A stretch of 64,000 bases of DNA, taken from NCBI GenBank assembly GCA_000004985.1, contig GG738864.1; one strand, given 5' to 3'. Under the pieces are notes generated by a model. It was not told where the DNA came from. It saw only the letters and a program-made list of their open reading frames with translations, and ran no database searches. Shown piece after piece: positions 11,433 to 24,686 of the stretch (positions are counted from its first letter, which is position 1; every line of letters starts with the position of its first letter). Made by a program: the position numbers and the translations under genes. The DNA comes from Naegleria gruberi (lineage: Eukaryota).

Positions 11433-13391
11433 ATGCAAGCAAGTTTATTGACAATTTATTGTCTGTTCTTTTTCATTGCCGTAAAAGTTGTGAATGCCCA
11501 AACGTGCACAGCCTCTTCTTTGATCTCCAATTTTACATCCAGTCAAGCTTTATCCGTACGATGCCAAGTTGGTTATGCTGCTGACACTCATCAATTACAA
11601 TGTAGACCTTACGATGTTGTCTTTAATGAAAATTATGGTAAGCCATGTAATTTCACAAGTGAATGTTTATTGTCATTTGTGTGTAGTGATCTATCAAAGA
11701 TTTGTGTTCCTTCCAAATCAAGAAAACTTGGGGAGCCATGTCTTGCAAGAGAAAGCTGTGTTGCTGACCTCGCTTGTGCCAATGGGATATGTGCACCACT
11801 TGTTGATAGTTATGAAAAGAAATTAGGAGAAAAATGTAGATACTCTGACTATACAACTAACAAGTATTACTACTGTGCAAGCCCAAATAAGTGTGACTAC
11901 ACAACCTATCCTAATTACTATTGTTTTGAGAATGTTTACAATGGTGTTGGAGGTTTTTGTGGTATCAATGAAACCTCTTTCCAATTTGTTCTTTGTAATC
12001 CTGGGTCTCTTTGCAATTCTAAAACTCAAAAGTGTGTCACAACCTATTACAATGCAACACTTGGTGATGCATGCAATACGTTCACAACAGATTCCTTCAT
12101 TGATTGTAAATCTCCATTCTATTGTGATGCTGGAAAATGCTTTGCTTCAGCATTTGTTGGAGCTGGTGAGTCATGCAATTACAAAAATACTACTTCATAT
12201 ATCATGAATTATTGCAATAGTAATTTCTTTTGTGGTCCAGGATCAAAGTGTGCAACATCAATTTCATCTCCGTTGGGTGGTTATTGTGGACTGAATGGTA
12301 CTGATTACTACTCTTGTGCTTCTGGTACTGCTTCTTGTTATATTGATAAGTGTGTTCCAAATGTTAAGTCGAACGTTGGTGGATTGTGTGAAATTGTAAA
12401 CTCTACAGGATCATTTTCTTGTAACTCTTCATTATATTGTTTCAATAATACTTGTATGGAAAAGGGTAATTTGGGTCAAAGTTGTGAACACAATACTAAT
12501 TCATGCAACTTGGGTTTAGTTTGTAGATCTGTGCTTCTTGGGAGTAGTCCAAGAACATGTGAAAATCCTGGCAAGAAATATGATAATTGTACATCAGTAT
12601 CTGATTGCCAAAGAGAATTATTTTGCAAAAGATCTAAGTGTACTAACCTGAATGGAGATCCTGTTGGATCGACATGTACTTTCCACTCTGATTGTGATTC
12701 TGGATTATGCTTGAATAACATCTGCTCATTGAATTACAATGAAACTACATGTTCAAGTGACACAATTTGTTCGAATTATGAGTCCAAGTGTTCGTGTGGT
12801 TCAGGGAAGTCAACATCAAACAGTTCAGGAAAATGTGCTAGTCTGAAGAGATGTAACGCTCTCCAAAGCAATATCAATGTCTGTCTTGGTAACAATGCAA
12901 GAGGTCCTCTTTTGACAACCATCTTTGACAAGTACAGTTCTGTTCACAAGGCATGCGCCAAAGAATTCTCTCAATATTATTCATGCTTAAGAATTGGATT
13001 GACCAATGCAGGAAATGTTCCTGCTTTACCCATTTCTGGTTTAGATATTAATGCAGATTTCGATATTGACCCAGCTCCTACCAAGTTTTACAAGTGTGGT
13101 GCTACCATTAGTTTAGGTACTAATACATGCTCAGGAAATGGTGATTGCGTTGCTGATGAAGTGTGTAAATGCTACTCTGGGTACTTTGGATCATATTGCC
13201 AAAGTAAAGTTATTCCAAAGCCATCAAATCCAATTGTACCAAACAAGTCCCTAGGTAATAATAATGGAGGAGGAAGTAATAGAAATGAAACTAATCCTAC
13301 TTCAGGATTTGCTGCAAATAATTCGAAAGAAAATCTATTGCTGCTTACCTTTAACATGATCATCTTGTTTCTGGGTATCAGTTTCCAATAA
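11433..13391 (+). CDS. Secreted cysteine-rich repeat protein, probably GPI-anchored
   Basis: The track start at 11391 is a GTG, and the first in-frame ATG at 11433 opens a signal peptide (MQASLLTIYCLFFFIAVKVVNAQ). The body has many Cys-rich modules with C-x-C and CxxxC spacing and numerous N-x-S/T sites. The C-terminus is hydrophobic (LLLLTFNMIILFLGISFQ) after small residues, consistent with a GPI signal. Confidence 0.65.
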   Translation: MQASLLTIYCLFFFIAVKVVNAQTCTASSLISNFTSSQALSVRCQVGYAADTHQLQCRPYDVVFNENYGKPCNFTSECLLSFVCSDLSKICVPSKSRKLGEPCLARESCVADLACANGICAPLVDSYEKKLGEKCRYSDYTTNKYYYCASPNKCDYTTYPNYYCFENVYNGVGGFCGINETSFQFVLCNPGSLCNSKTQKCVTTYYNATLGDACNTFTTDSFIDCKSPFYCDAGKCFASAFVGAGESCNYKNTTSYIMNYCNSNFFCGPGSKCATSISSPLGGYCGLNGTDYYSCASGTASCYIDKCVPNVKSNVGGLCEIVNSTGSFSCNSSLYCFNNTCMEKGNLGQSCEHNTNSCNLGLVCRSVLLGSSPRTCENPGKKYDNCTSVSDCQRELFCKRSKCTNLNGDPVGSTCTFHSDCDSGLCLNNICSLNYNETTCSSDTICSNYESKCSCGSGKSTSNSSGKCASLKRCNALQSNINVCLGNNARGPLLTTIFDKYSSVHKACAKEFSQYYSCLRIGLTNAGNVPALPISGLDINADFDIDPAPTKFYKCGATISLGTNTCSGNGDCVADEVCKCYSGYFGSYCQSKVIPKPSNPIVPNKSLGNNNGGGSNRNETNPTSGFAANNSKENLLLLTFNMIILFLGISFQ

Positions 13392-13776
13392 AACTTAAAA
13401 TAAATATCCTTATTAAACTTTCCATGTTACAAACAGCCAACCTTATATACAACGAGGAGTTTAAACATCCACTTTTTTAACGAATTAGTAATAGCGTGTT
13501 CAGGCAAGTTCGGTTCCTGCACTTTGCGTATTTTATACCACTCCGTATAAACGCCCAAATGTGGCAATGAGAATATCACTACAATCTATTCGCACCTAAA
13601 GCAAGGATTAGGAAACGATTCTTTTTGGCTTGCTTTTCTCGTCGCACATGTTTTTTGTTTCACACTAATTTTTTGTTTTAGCTCATTTCTTGCTTTAGTA
13701 TCTTTCTGAGGTGTGTAGTTTGTAGTGCCAACGACGTGACCAACAGTGTGTTAAGATTCTTCCCTCCAAAAAAAAA

Positions 13777-16700
13777 ATGAAAGCATGTTTTTTCGTTCTA
13801 CTCTTGCTCTGCATCTTTCTGTTCAGCCTTGCAAGTCAAATTGACTCACAAAGCCTTCAATATAATATCAGCACGGTTGCAGGTGGTGGTTCTATTGTGG
13901 GTGATGGTTTATTAGCTAATGAGGCTATAACAAGCTACCCGTGTCAATTGGCAATTAGTTCGATTAGTGGAGATTTGTTTTTTGGAGAGGTGGTATCCAA
14001 TAGGATTCGTAAAATTACATCCTCAACTGGTGTGATATCTACTATTGCTGGAACTGGAACTGGTGCATATGGTGGAGATGGCTCCATGGCTACTGCTGCT
14101 CAATTGTTTTATCCTTATGGTGTTGCTCTAAGTTTGGGTGGTGAAATTTATATAGCAGATTCGAATAATAATAGAATTCGTAAAATAGCTACAAATGGTA
14201 TTATTACAACAATAGCAGGAACTGGAACACGTGGATATGATGGAGATGGTGCTTTGGCCACAAGTGCCAAGTTGAATTTTCCTTCATCCATAGCAATTAG
14301 TGCAACCAATGAAATTTATTTCACAGACCAATTGCAATCATAGGATTCGAAAAATAGCAACTAATGGTAATATCTCAACAATTGCAGGAACTGGAACTGG
14401 CAGCTATGGTGGTGACAATGCAATTGCAACAGGTGCACAACTTTATGCACCTGCATGTATTGCAATAGATTCTAATGGTGAATTTTACATTTCCGATTCA
14501 ATGAACCATCGTATTCGAAAAATAGCTACTAATGGTATTATTACAACAATAGCAGGAACTGGAACACATGGATATGATGGAGATGGTGCTTTGGCAATTA
14601 ATGCACAATTATACAGCCCCACGGGGGTTGTTGTCAACTCAAATGGTGATGTTTATATTGCTGACTCAGGTAATAACAGAATTCGAAAAATCTCAAAAGG
14701 ATACATCTCAACAGTAGCAGGAAATGGAATAGCTGGATATAGTGGAGATGGTGGACTATCAACAAGTGCTCAATTAGCCACTCCCCAATCAGTTGCTATT
14801 AATTTAAATGGCGAGATTATAATTGCAGATTCTAATAATAATAGAATTCGTAAAATAGCAACTAATGGAAAAATTTCAACAATTGCTGGAACATCATCAT
14901 TTGGAAATAACATACCAGCTACTTCAGCATCCATCTCACCAGTTGGTGTTCCCACTCTCTACAATAATAAGATAATTTTCGCAGATGAATCTCAAATTAG
15001 ACAAGTAGACCTTGCAACTAATATCATTTCATTAATATCTGGAACTGATTATTTGGCAAGTCCTACAGCAGCTATGTATTTCAACAATGAATTATATATT
15101 CTCTATTCAAAACTCAATTTAGATAAGCCAAAGATTAATATTGTTTCAAGAGTTGTTGGTTCTGAGGGATATAATGGCGATGATATTGCAGCCACTAGTG
15201 CACTGTTGAATTATGCTCGCTCAATTGCTGTCAATTCAAATGGTGATGTTTATATTGCTGACACTTATAATAACAGAATTCGTAAGGTCTCATTTTCAAC
15301 TGGAATCATTTCAACAGTAGCAGGAACTGGAATTGCTGGACAAAATGGTGATGGTAATTTAGCTACAAGTGCACAACTAAATTTTCCTTCAGGAGTTGCT
15401 GTGAGTTCAAATGGTGATATTTATATTGCTGACACTGAAAATCATAGAATTCGTAAGATAGAAACTAATGGATACATTGCAACAGTTGCAGGATCTGGAG
15501 CATCTGGATATAGTGGAGATGGTGGGCTGCTAACTAGTGCTAAATTCCAACAACCTCAAGGAGTGGCTGTGAGTTCAAATGGTGAGATTTATATTGCTGA
15601 CACTGAAAACCATGTGGTTCGTAAAATTTCAACTTCGAATGTACTTTCTACAATTGCTGGAACTGGTTCTTATGGATACAATGGTGACGGTGGATTGGCA
15701 ATTACTGCAAAATTATTCTCTCCCATAGGAGTTGCAATAAGTTCGAGTGGTGAAGTTTTTATTGCTGATAATAACAATCACAGAATACGTAAAATTGCAA
15801 AAGATGGCTATATTTCAACAATTGTTGGCACTGGTTTGAATGGGTATGATGGAGATGGCGATTTGGCTACGAATGCTAAATTGGGTAATCCTCAAGGTGT
15901 GACTCTAAGTCCAACTGGTGAATTGTTTATTGCTGACCAAAACAATCATAGAATTCGTAAAGTAGCAAGTAATGGATATATTTCAACTGTTGCTGGTAAT
16001 GGTAACTTTGGATTTAGTGGAGATGGTGATTTGGCAACAAATGCTGAATTGAATAGTCCTTCAGGAATAGCATTCAGTTCCATTGGTACCATGTATATTG
16101 CTGATCGTTTAAATAGAGTAATTCGAAGAGTAATCTCTGGTAATATATCCACCATTGCTGGAGGTGTTGGTGATGGAGGACCAGCTACTGGAGGATACAT
16201 TCAAGCACAATCATTTGACATTTCTTCAACTGGTGAGATTTATATTGCTGACACTGAAAATCATAGAATTCGTAAAGTTTCAACATTGGGTAAAATTTCA
16301 ACTATTGCAGGAACTGGTGCAATGGGATACAGTGGTGATGGTGGATTGGCAATTACTGCAAAATTATCCTCTCCCGTAGGAGTTGCAGTTAGCTCAACTG
16401 GTGAAGTTTTTATTGCAGACCGAGACAACCATAGAATTCGTAAAGTAACACTTTCTGGTATCATTACAACCATTGCAGGAAATGGAACTAGTGGTTTTAA
16501 TAGTGATGGAATTGAAGCAAAATTTGCTCAATTGAATAGCCCTTCCTCAGTCACAATTTCAGGTGGTGAAATCTATATTGCTGACACAAACAATCATAGA
16601 ATTCGTCAAATATCCAATACTGGTATTATTAAAACAATTGCTGGAAATGGATTTGGTGGATATATTGGTGATGGTGTATTGCCACCTAATGCTCAATTGA

Positions 16701-19700
16701 ATAGTCCTTCAGGAGTTGCAATTTCTTCCACTGCTGAAATTTACATTGCAGAAAATAAGAGAATTAGAAAACTTACAGCGTTCTGTACAGAGAATGGTGT
16801 GTTGATTGATGGAAAGTGTGTATTTCAATGTTTTGGATATACGAATAGTAATTCCTCACTTGTTTGTTCTGGAAAGGGCAACTGTATTGGAAATGATAAG
16901 TGCAACTGTTCATGGCCATACTCTGGTTCCAAATGTGATGAGTTTTATTGCAATGGAGTGTTGAATACTAACAAAACATTTGTGTGTTCATCTCATGGTA
17001 CTTGCTCATCTCCAAACAATTGTTCTTGTGTCGATGGTTTTTATGGAAATATTTGTGAATTCTTTTATTGTAATGGCGTACAACAAAATAGTTTAAATGT
17101 ATGCTCAGGTCATGGACTCTGCTCTTCTTTGAATAATTGCACCTGTCAACAAGATTATTCAGGCATTGATTGTGAAAATTTCCATTGTTATGGACTGTCT
17201 AGAGTTGATCCTAAAGTTTGCTCATCTCATGGAATTTGCTCTTCCATAAATAATTGCTCATGTGCAACTGGATATGGTGGATCTAAATGCAACGAATATT
17301 CATGTTATGATGTGAATTCTACGAATAAGACAGTTTGTTCTGGAAGAGGAACTTGTTCTTCTCCCAATAATTGTACATGCGATCCAGGATACTATGGATC
17401 AAATTGTGAATTGTACGATTGTTATGGAATATCCAAAAACAATTCGAATGTCTGCTCAGGACATGGTACTTGCATTGCTATCAATAATTGTACATGTACA
17501 GATGGTTACTATGATACCAAATGTGATTCATTCAATTGTGCAGGAGAGAAATTCACTGGTCAATCACTGTGTCAGAATAATGGTACTTGTTCTAATCCTG
17601 GTAATTGTGATTGTCCTTATCAGTTTGGAGGTGCCAGATGTGAATATTACAAATGTTATACCTATACTTCTAATGAAGCAAAAGTATGTGGCGGGCATGG
17701 TACTTGTTTAAATTACAATAATTGTTCTTGCTCTGGCAAGTGGATTGGTGACGATTGTACACAGACTACTTGTTATGGTAAAAGTTCAAACTCTAGCTCA
17801 GTATGTGGTGGAAGAGGTAATTGCACAGACTTTAATCAATGCACATGTTATGATGGGTATAGAGGTGTCGAATGTCAACACATTGTCTGTTTTGATAAGA
17901 TTGAAAACGATACATCAGTTTGTTCAGGAAATGGCAAATGTCTAACATCAAACAATTGTACATGTCAAATTGGTTATGTTGGAAATGAATGTCAATATCA
18001 CGAAATTTATTTGAATACCTCATCTGCCATAATATTTTCATTCCAGGAAAGTTTAATGAAATTGTTGCCAAATGAGAGTGGAATATTTTCATGTTCTGAA
18101 ATTTTCACTGATTCTGAAATTGCCAAATTTGGAGAAAGTACTTCGATTTCTTGCCAATGGAGAAGAAATTCACTCCTAATTCATCTTGGATTTGATTATT
18201 CTATTCAACAATACTCAATTATTCAATCAAAATTCAACTTTTCAATGAGAGTTTCTAGCTTGTCCTCAGTTTCTAATAGTGATGCTCCATCTCCAACTTG
18301 TTCTTTCGGATATGTATTGAATGAAGCTTCTCCATTATTGGATGTAGTGATACGTTTGAATTGTGATGAGAATTTGCATGGTTTTAAAAAGAGTAGAACC
18401 AGTTGGATGTGTAGTCAATGTACAGGAGCAATTTCATCAATTTTAAGTAACTATTCGAATAGATCCAGTGTTTATATTCCAATTTCGTATATGAACGCTT
18501 TGAATCCTGTTCAAGGATACAAGACAATTAATTTGCAAGCTTCTTATTCATCATCTGTTTCTTCCACCATTTCCACTAGTAAGGAAGTAAAGGTTCAAAC
18601 CTATACGAAATCTTTACCTCCAAGTTATTACTGGCTAAGTGATAATTATGATGGAAAAACCTATTCATGTGTTGGCCATAATTGTATCATTGAAACTTCA
18701 TTGAATAGTTTAAACTCCTCAATTTCTTATTCATTCTCTGGTTTATTTAGTTTATTGAACACTGATTTATATTCGAAACAAATGGTGAGATTGATAAATG
18801 AATTTTCAGGAGGAATTGTCGACAGTGAATTCAGTTCTAACATGCAAGTTTTTGGAGTTCAACTCAAGACCTATGTTTACTTACCGTATAGTATTGATTC
18901 ATTCAAATATTCCACATTTACAAATTTGGATTATGTCATGACAGGCGTCAATAGAACCTACTCAATCAATGCAGATAACTTAATAACTATAGGTTTGACT
19001 ATTGATGATCCATACATTTCAAAATACACATTAAGTGATTACATGGTATTCTCCTGGAAATGTTTCCAAGTTTCTCCTTCTAATAGGTCTTTAATTTTGA
19101 CCGATAATTTGTGTTCCTCAATAACTGACAATGCCAAATCAAATATTGAATTGGATATCAGCAAAATGTCTTTGAAAGAAGGTTCATATTTAATATCTGC
19201 TTCAATTTCATCGACTAAATACTTTGTTACAACAGTTTACAATTATGAAGGATGGATTGACTTGTTGGGAATTTCACAGGATTCTCCTCAGATAACTACA
19301 GATTATGTACCTGCTATTACTCCTTCTCATCACAATATTTATTTAAGAAATGTGGTGAAATCTTCAACAAGTGTTTCATTCTATTGGAAACTCAAAAGTG
19401 GTGAATTGAATATTGACGAAACTGTTGAAGATTTCCTTCAAAGAAATACAGTTTCTAAATCTATCTTGGGTAACAATGTTGAAATTATCTTGAATATTGA
19501 CAATGATTATCTCATCCAAGGAGAATATTATGAATTTGAATTGTCAACCAAGAATTCTAACGGTGTTTCAAATATTTCCATTTCAACAAGAATGGATTTC
19601 ACTCCTCGATTGTCATGTAATGTGGAAAATGTGAAGAATGAAGCTAACTTGACCAGTTTTGAATCTTTAATATCTATTACATGTGTAAAATTGCCATACG

Positions 19701-22134
19701 AAAGTATATCAAGTTTCGTCATGGAATTCCATTCACAAAACGAAAGATTAGGAGTCATTTCGAATACTCCAAAGAAGGCTCTTATTACCAGAGTTCCTTA
19801 TGCAATGGATGGAACAGTTACCTTAATCGTGAAACTTCAAAATTTATATGGATCTATTGGAATTTATAGAACTACTATCAGCGCTCAATTACCAAATGCT
19901 TTGACAAGTGACAACTCTATTTCTTCAAGATTTACATATGTATCCAAACAATTCCAAATTCTCAAAAATGCTCAACCAGCCAAAATTGAAGTTTCCAACG
20001 AAGTCAACACCTTACTTTCTTTATTAATCCAAAACGAAACTCTTTCTAAAATTTCAGAGAAAATTTCAAAGGAATTGAAATCTGATCAATTAGTTTCCTT
20101 TAATACAATGCTCAAAGAAATGCTAACCCTCACCAAGAGTCTACAAGACATTACTTACAAAGTTGATGAAAGATTAATTCAATTAATTCTGCCAATTGTC
20201 AACAAAATTTCCACAATTCTCAAATTAACTCTTGACACATCGTCATTATCCAATTTTGCTTCAGAATTGGAAATTTGGTTGGACTGGATTTATTCAGGAA
20301 TGAATAAGGCACTCAATTACTATCCAACTTTCATTTACAAGGAATTATTAGATGAATTTCATTTACAAGAAATTGTTTCGTTACAAAATATACTTTCGAA
20401 TATATACCAAAATAATTTGGATCAACAATTTAAATACCACAAGTACAATTTACAATATATCAAGCTTACAGGAAGTAATAGTGATAATTCAAGCTTTGTG
20501 GAAGATGTTGAGTTTTCTGATTTATTGAATGACAAGTCAATTTCACTTTCTGTTTCTAATTTTAAAGTTGATATGAAATTACCAAGTGATTTTACCAATC
20601 AAATTTCATTGAAATCAAAATCAAAACTATACTATTCCATTACCTCATTCAGTGATAATCAAACTGGTTCAAAACTTTTACAAAACAAACCAATAATTGA
20701 CCTATCTCTGTACGATACATCTTACAATGCAATATCAGTTGACAACATTAATCCACCAATAGTTTTCAAGTTCCAAGGATTGTTTTCCACTAACAAGACT
20801 AATATTAACACAACTTGTGTCTATTACAATACCATACTAGGAAAATGGTCAACCAATGGATTGCAAACAATTACAAGCGTTACCAAACGAACTGAAGAGT
20901 ACATGTACTTTGATATGGAATGTCATTCAAGTCACTTGTCTGTATTCTCAGTTCAAGAGGTTGATTACAACACCCCAATTATACCAGCCATTTCATCTAA
21001 CAAAGCTTCAAACCAACAAGAAAATCTCACCATTATTTTAGCTACTGTTTTACCTGTTAGCTTTTTAATCCTTATTTTCATTATTATCCTCTTTGTGTTT
21101 ATCATTTTACTATTCAGATTTAAGCAAAAGAAAGCAAATGAATTTGCCATTGCAACCAAAACCAATCTTGAAATGGAAGGTTTCTCAAGCAGTGATTTCC
21201 CATCCTCAGAAGGAAGCATGTTTATTCATCCTCTTATGAGTATTTCCTCAAATGGAACAACTAGTGAAGCATTCAATCCATTGTCAAGATATTCTGATTT
21301 AGTAAGAATTGGCCAAGGAGCTTTTGGAAGTGTTTTTAAAGCATTTGATAGTAAGACGTCAACTGTTAAGGCGATTAAGGTAATTAAATATTCATCCATG
21401 GAGGAGTTGAATAATTTCATGAAAGAAGGAACGCAGTTGATGAATGTGACACATCCTTATATTTTGAGAGTGAATGATTTCTTTGTGAGTAAGGATCAAT
21501 TGCTATGTATAGATATGGATTTTTATGAATTAGGAGATTTGGTCAAATTGACCAATGTTGAATTTGATTGCTCGGAGAAGTTAATCAAACAAATTATTTA
21601 TCAAATGTGTCAAGCTTTGGATTATATTCACTGCAATATGAAAATCATTCACAGAGATATCAAACCATCTAATGTTTTTGTAAAGAGTATGGAAAATGAC
21701 GATATTCACATTATTGTTGCCGATTTCGGATTGGCTAAATCAAATATTGGTGGATCAATGAATAATTCCTATGCAGGTACACCTATATTTATGGTAAGTT
21801 TTCAAATATTTCTTTCGATTCGAATAATTTTTAGTCTCCTGAACTTGGCTTGGGTGGAAAATATTATTACAATACTGATATTTACAGTTTAGGTGTTACT
21901 GTATATCAAATAATGACCAAAGACACCTCTACTTCAATCAGTCAATTGTATCTTGGAAAGGAACAAAATGAAGTTACAACGCTATTGAGAAAAAAGCTTA
22001 AAGATGGTGGACATTATTCTGAACGAGTTGTGGAATTGGTTTTACAAATGTTAACAAAGGATAATTTAACTAGGCCACAAGCTCAAGATATTTTGGAAAA
22101 TTCCTATTTTGATGATTTGAGAATGAAACGATAA
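13777..22134 (+). CDS. Giant receptor Ser/Thr kinase with NHL beta-propeller repeats, EGF-like repeats, a TM segment and a kinase domain (single-base frame disruption near 14332; one 41-nt intron)
   Basis: The signal peptide is MKACFFVLLLLCIFLFSLA. About 28 NHL-type repeats (...YIADSxNNRIRKIxxNG.ISTIAGTG...) run through ORFs 13777..14343 and 14300..21892, which differ by one base. About 15 EGF-like modules (C..G.C...N.C.C..GY.G..C) follow, then about 1000 aa of unknown ectodomain, a TM helix (IILATVLPVSFLILIFIIILFVFIILLF) and a kinase (GQGAFGSV, AIK, HRDIKPSN, DFG, GTPIFM). A GTAAGT...TTTTAG intron at 21794..21834 leads to exon 21835..22134 (SPELGLGGKYYYNTDIYSLGV). The stop is TAA. Confidence 0.7.
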
Positions 22135-22252
22135 AGTTTCTACAATATTTTCTCAATCTAAAATGATTCCTGTCAGATTATTTCACTTCCAATAAATCAG
22201 TAAGTTCCAAGACAATCACAATGGAATAAATAGTGATGAATGATATCATTAT

Positions 22253-23599
22253 TTATTCTTCATCTGATTCGAAAGCCACATTCTTCTTTTTAGGGAATGT
22301 TTGCAGAGCTCTAGATTTTCCTACCGGGCTACTAACCAGTGGATTTGAGATTAATCTACTAAAACTTCCACTATTTGTAGAAAGGGACAGTTGTGCAAGG
22401 GATTGTTTCAAGGTTTCACAAATCTCTTCCCATTCAGGTCTTGCATTCATGTCTGCTGACCAGCATTTAGTAATGAGCTTGATTATCAAATTATTTACAA
22501 CGTTATACTCAATTCTAAAGTGCTCACCAAAGAACATTTCCCTGAGCTCTGTTTGGGTTGGTATCTTTGGACGCATTTCTTCATGAATCACTTTGTGTGT
22601 AATATCATAAATGTTGAGTCCTGGATACAACTCCTTTTCAAAAATTAACTCATATATACAAATGCCAAAACTGTAGATATCCGCTTTGAATGAATAATGA
22701 CCTTCTGCCAAAATCTCTGGAGCAGTAATTTCAACTGTACCACATTTAGTGTGCTTCTTTTGTTTGTTGTTAAATAGCCTAGCAATACCAAAATCTGAAA
22801 TCTTTAGAGTCCAGTCATTAGTTACAAGGCAGTTAGATACTTTCACATCAGAGTGAATAATATTTTTTGATTTGAGATAGTTCAGTCCGTTAGCAGCGTC
22901 CAATAGCAATTTACATTTCTTTTTCAGGGTGAGTCCAGATTTGAAAGAGCTCTTTTGTAATCTTCCTTGTAAGGTCTCATCATCGATTGAAAACCTGGAA
23001 ATGTGTTGTGTATTGAGCTTTATCAGGTTGGTGTCATCTAGCTCCGTTGTCGGTGGGTGATTAATAGGACTCATGGTCATGCCTGCACCAGAATAGGATG
23101 TTTTCAATAGTTTGTCTAAACTTCCTCTCGAGCAATATTCTGTGACAATATAAAAGAATGGAGGTTTGATAGATGCAGCAATGAACTGCACAATATTTGG
23201 ATGTCTGATTGTACTCATTATTTGAGTCTCCTTCATGTACTCTTTCAGTGGATCCTCCAACAAGTCACAAATTAAGCATTGCTTGACTGCAACAAGAACA
23301 TTGAGATATCGTGCCTTATAAACAACTCCACTACTACCAACACCAATTTGTTCCATCAATTCCAAATCATCAGATGAAATACTCATACTTCTCAATTGCG
23401 GAGAGACTCGAATGATCGCATCATTCAATTCCTTTGACAAATCATTGTATGGTAACTCTTCTGGATTTTCAACAGGTTTCAACTTGTTGAAATGTGCATT
23501 CAAATCTTCAGCAATATGAGAGCTAGTATTTAAATCCGTTAAACCACTATCATTCAAATCAATTACTATCGAATTTGAATTATCAACCCTTGATCCCAC
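22253..23599 (-). CDS. Protein kinase (TKL-like, non-RD catalytic loop HSDVKVSN); 5' end unresolved
   Basis: The ORF has GVGSSGVVYKA, AVK, IIHSDVKVSN, DFG and APE-like motifs, and stops at TGA at 22253. The track's M at 23599 is a GTG, and no in-frame ATG precedes the kinase domain, so an upstream exon is likely. The overlapping TM-containing ORF 23566..23925 is a candidate (see findings). Confidence 0.55.
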   Translation of the reverse strand: MGSRVDNSNSIVIDLNDSGLTDLNTSSHIAEDLNAHFNKLKPVENPEELPYNDLSKELNDAIIRVSPQLRSMSISSDDLELMEQIGVGSSGVVYKARYLNVLVAVKQCLICDLLEDPLKEYMKETQIMSTIRHPNIVQFIAASIKPPFFYIVTEYCSRGSLDKLLKTSYSGAGMTMSPINHPPTTELDDTNLIKLNTQHISRFSIDDETLQGRLQKSSFKSGLTLKKKCKLLLDAANGLNYLKSKNIIHSDVKVSNCLVTNDWTLKISDFGIARLFNNKQKKHTKCGTVEITAPEILAEGHYSFKADIYSFGICIYELIFEKELYPGLNIYDITHKVIHEEMRPKIPTQTELREMFFGEHFRIEYNVVNNLIIKLITKCWSADMNARPEWEEICETLKQSLAQLSLSTNSGSFSRLISNPLVSSPVGKSRALQTFPKKKNVAFESDEE

Positions 23600-24686
23600 A
23601 TTGGTGATTTAATTTGCATACTCTTAAAATCCATCTCATCATTCATTCCATAATATTCACCACTATCCCTCTTTTTCATGAGTGGTTTCGTTTTCTCCGA
23701 ATTTTTACAACAATAATTACAAGTTAGTGTATTTACAAGTGTTCTACATAATCCTCTCCTTCCCAATCGACTCTTTATCATACATAGCAAACAACCACTC
23801 ATCATGATATTGACCAATAACATGGCAGAACTTAGCACTATCAATGACCACTGAATCACAGGAGAATCATTCAGTGGTAAAAGCAAGATATTGTTCTCAA
23901 CACTCATCGGAAAATAATAACACAATCACGTTTATTGGTGAAGTTAGAGTAAAGGAAAGCCACAGACAATAGCAGGTAGCAAAAATCTGTGTGGTGTAAT
24001 GATGAGGAGGTTCGTTGTTGTATTTTTTCTTCTAATTGGAAAGGAAAAATCATCACGTAACTAGAGAACAGCTTTGATCTGCACCATAGGACCAATTAGG
24101 GAGTGATAGATAACGATTGTTAGTATATAGGTTTGATATTTGTTGCATTCTAATTATTATTGAAAGAACACTAAGGTAACATGTTGAATCGAGATTGAAA
24201 TATAAATTAAAAAAAATAATGGCAATATCTTGACTTCTCTTAATAAAGGCTATGAATAGGATTGGTTCAAACCTCCTTATTGTTGTTGTTATTGAGAATC
24301 TTTCATCATGGATGGTAACAAGGGGTTATGCTCACAATCAAATTAAAGCATTCATTTCGCTCATAATTATGTTAATAATACCAACATTGGATAGAGAATC
24401 TCATCCATGTTCAATACTTTACTCGAGCTTTCCATCTACTTACTATTATTTTGCAGCCATACCAATATTTCCAAGGATTGCCAATTAAATCATCACTATT
24501 ATCCAAGATGGACCCTCTTTAACAAATATGTAATGATGCTTCTCGATATCATGAGCAAAAACCTTCTCCCATCGTACAAATCCTAATAGTCACATTGAAA
24601 GAAATAACACCCTATCCTTTCGGGAAGCTAGAGATCATTGAATATCAACCACCACTTCATCACCACAATATCGGACCAGTTAAAAG

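Noticed and set aside
14300-14343. Programmed +1 frameshifting at the TAG (as in Euplotes), or two separate genes (a secreted NHL protein plus a receptor starting at ATG 14309).
   Set aside because: A stop-codon shift breaks the invariant Asn of the repeat. A receptor starting mid-repeat without a signal peptide is implausible. The nuclear code is standard, because TAA/TAG/TGA terminate prenylation-tailed genes.
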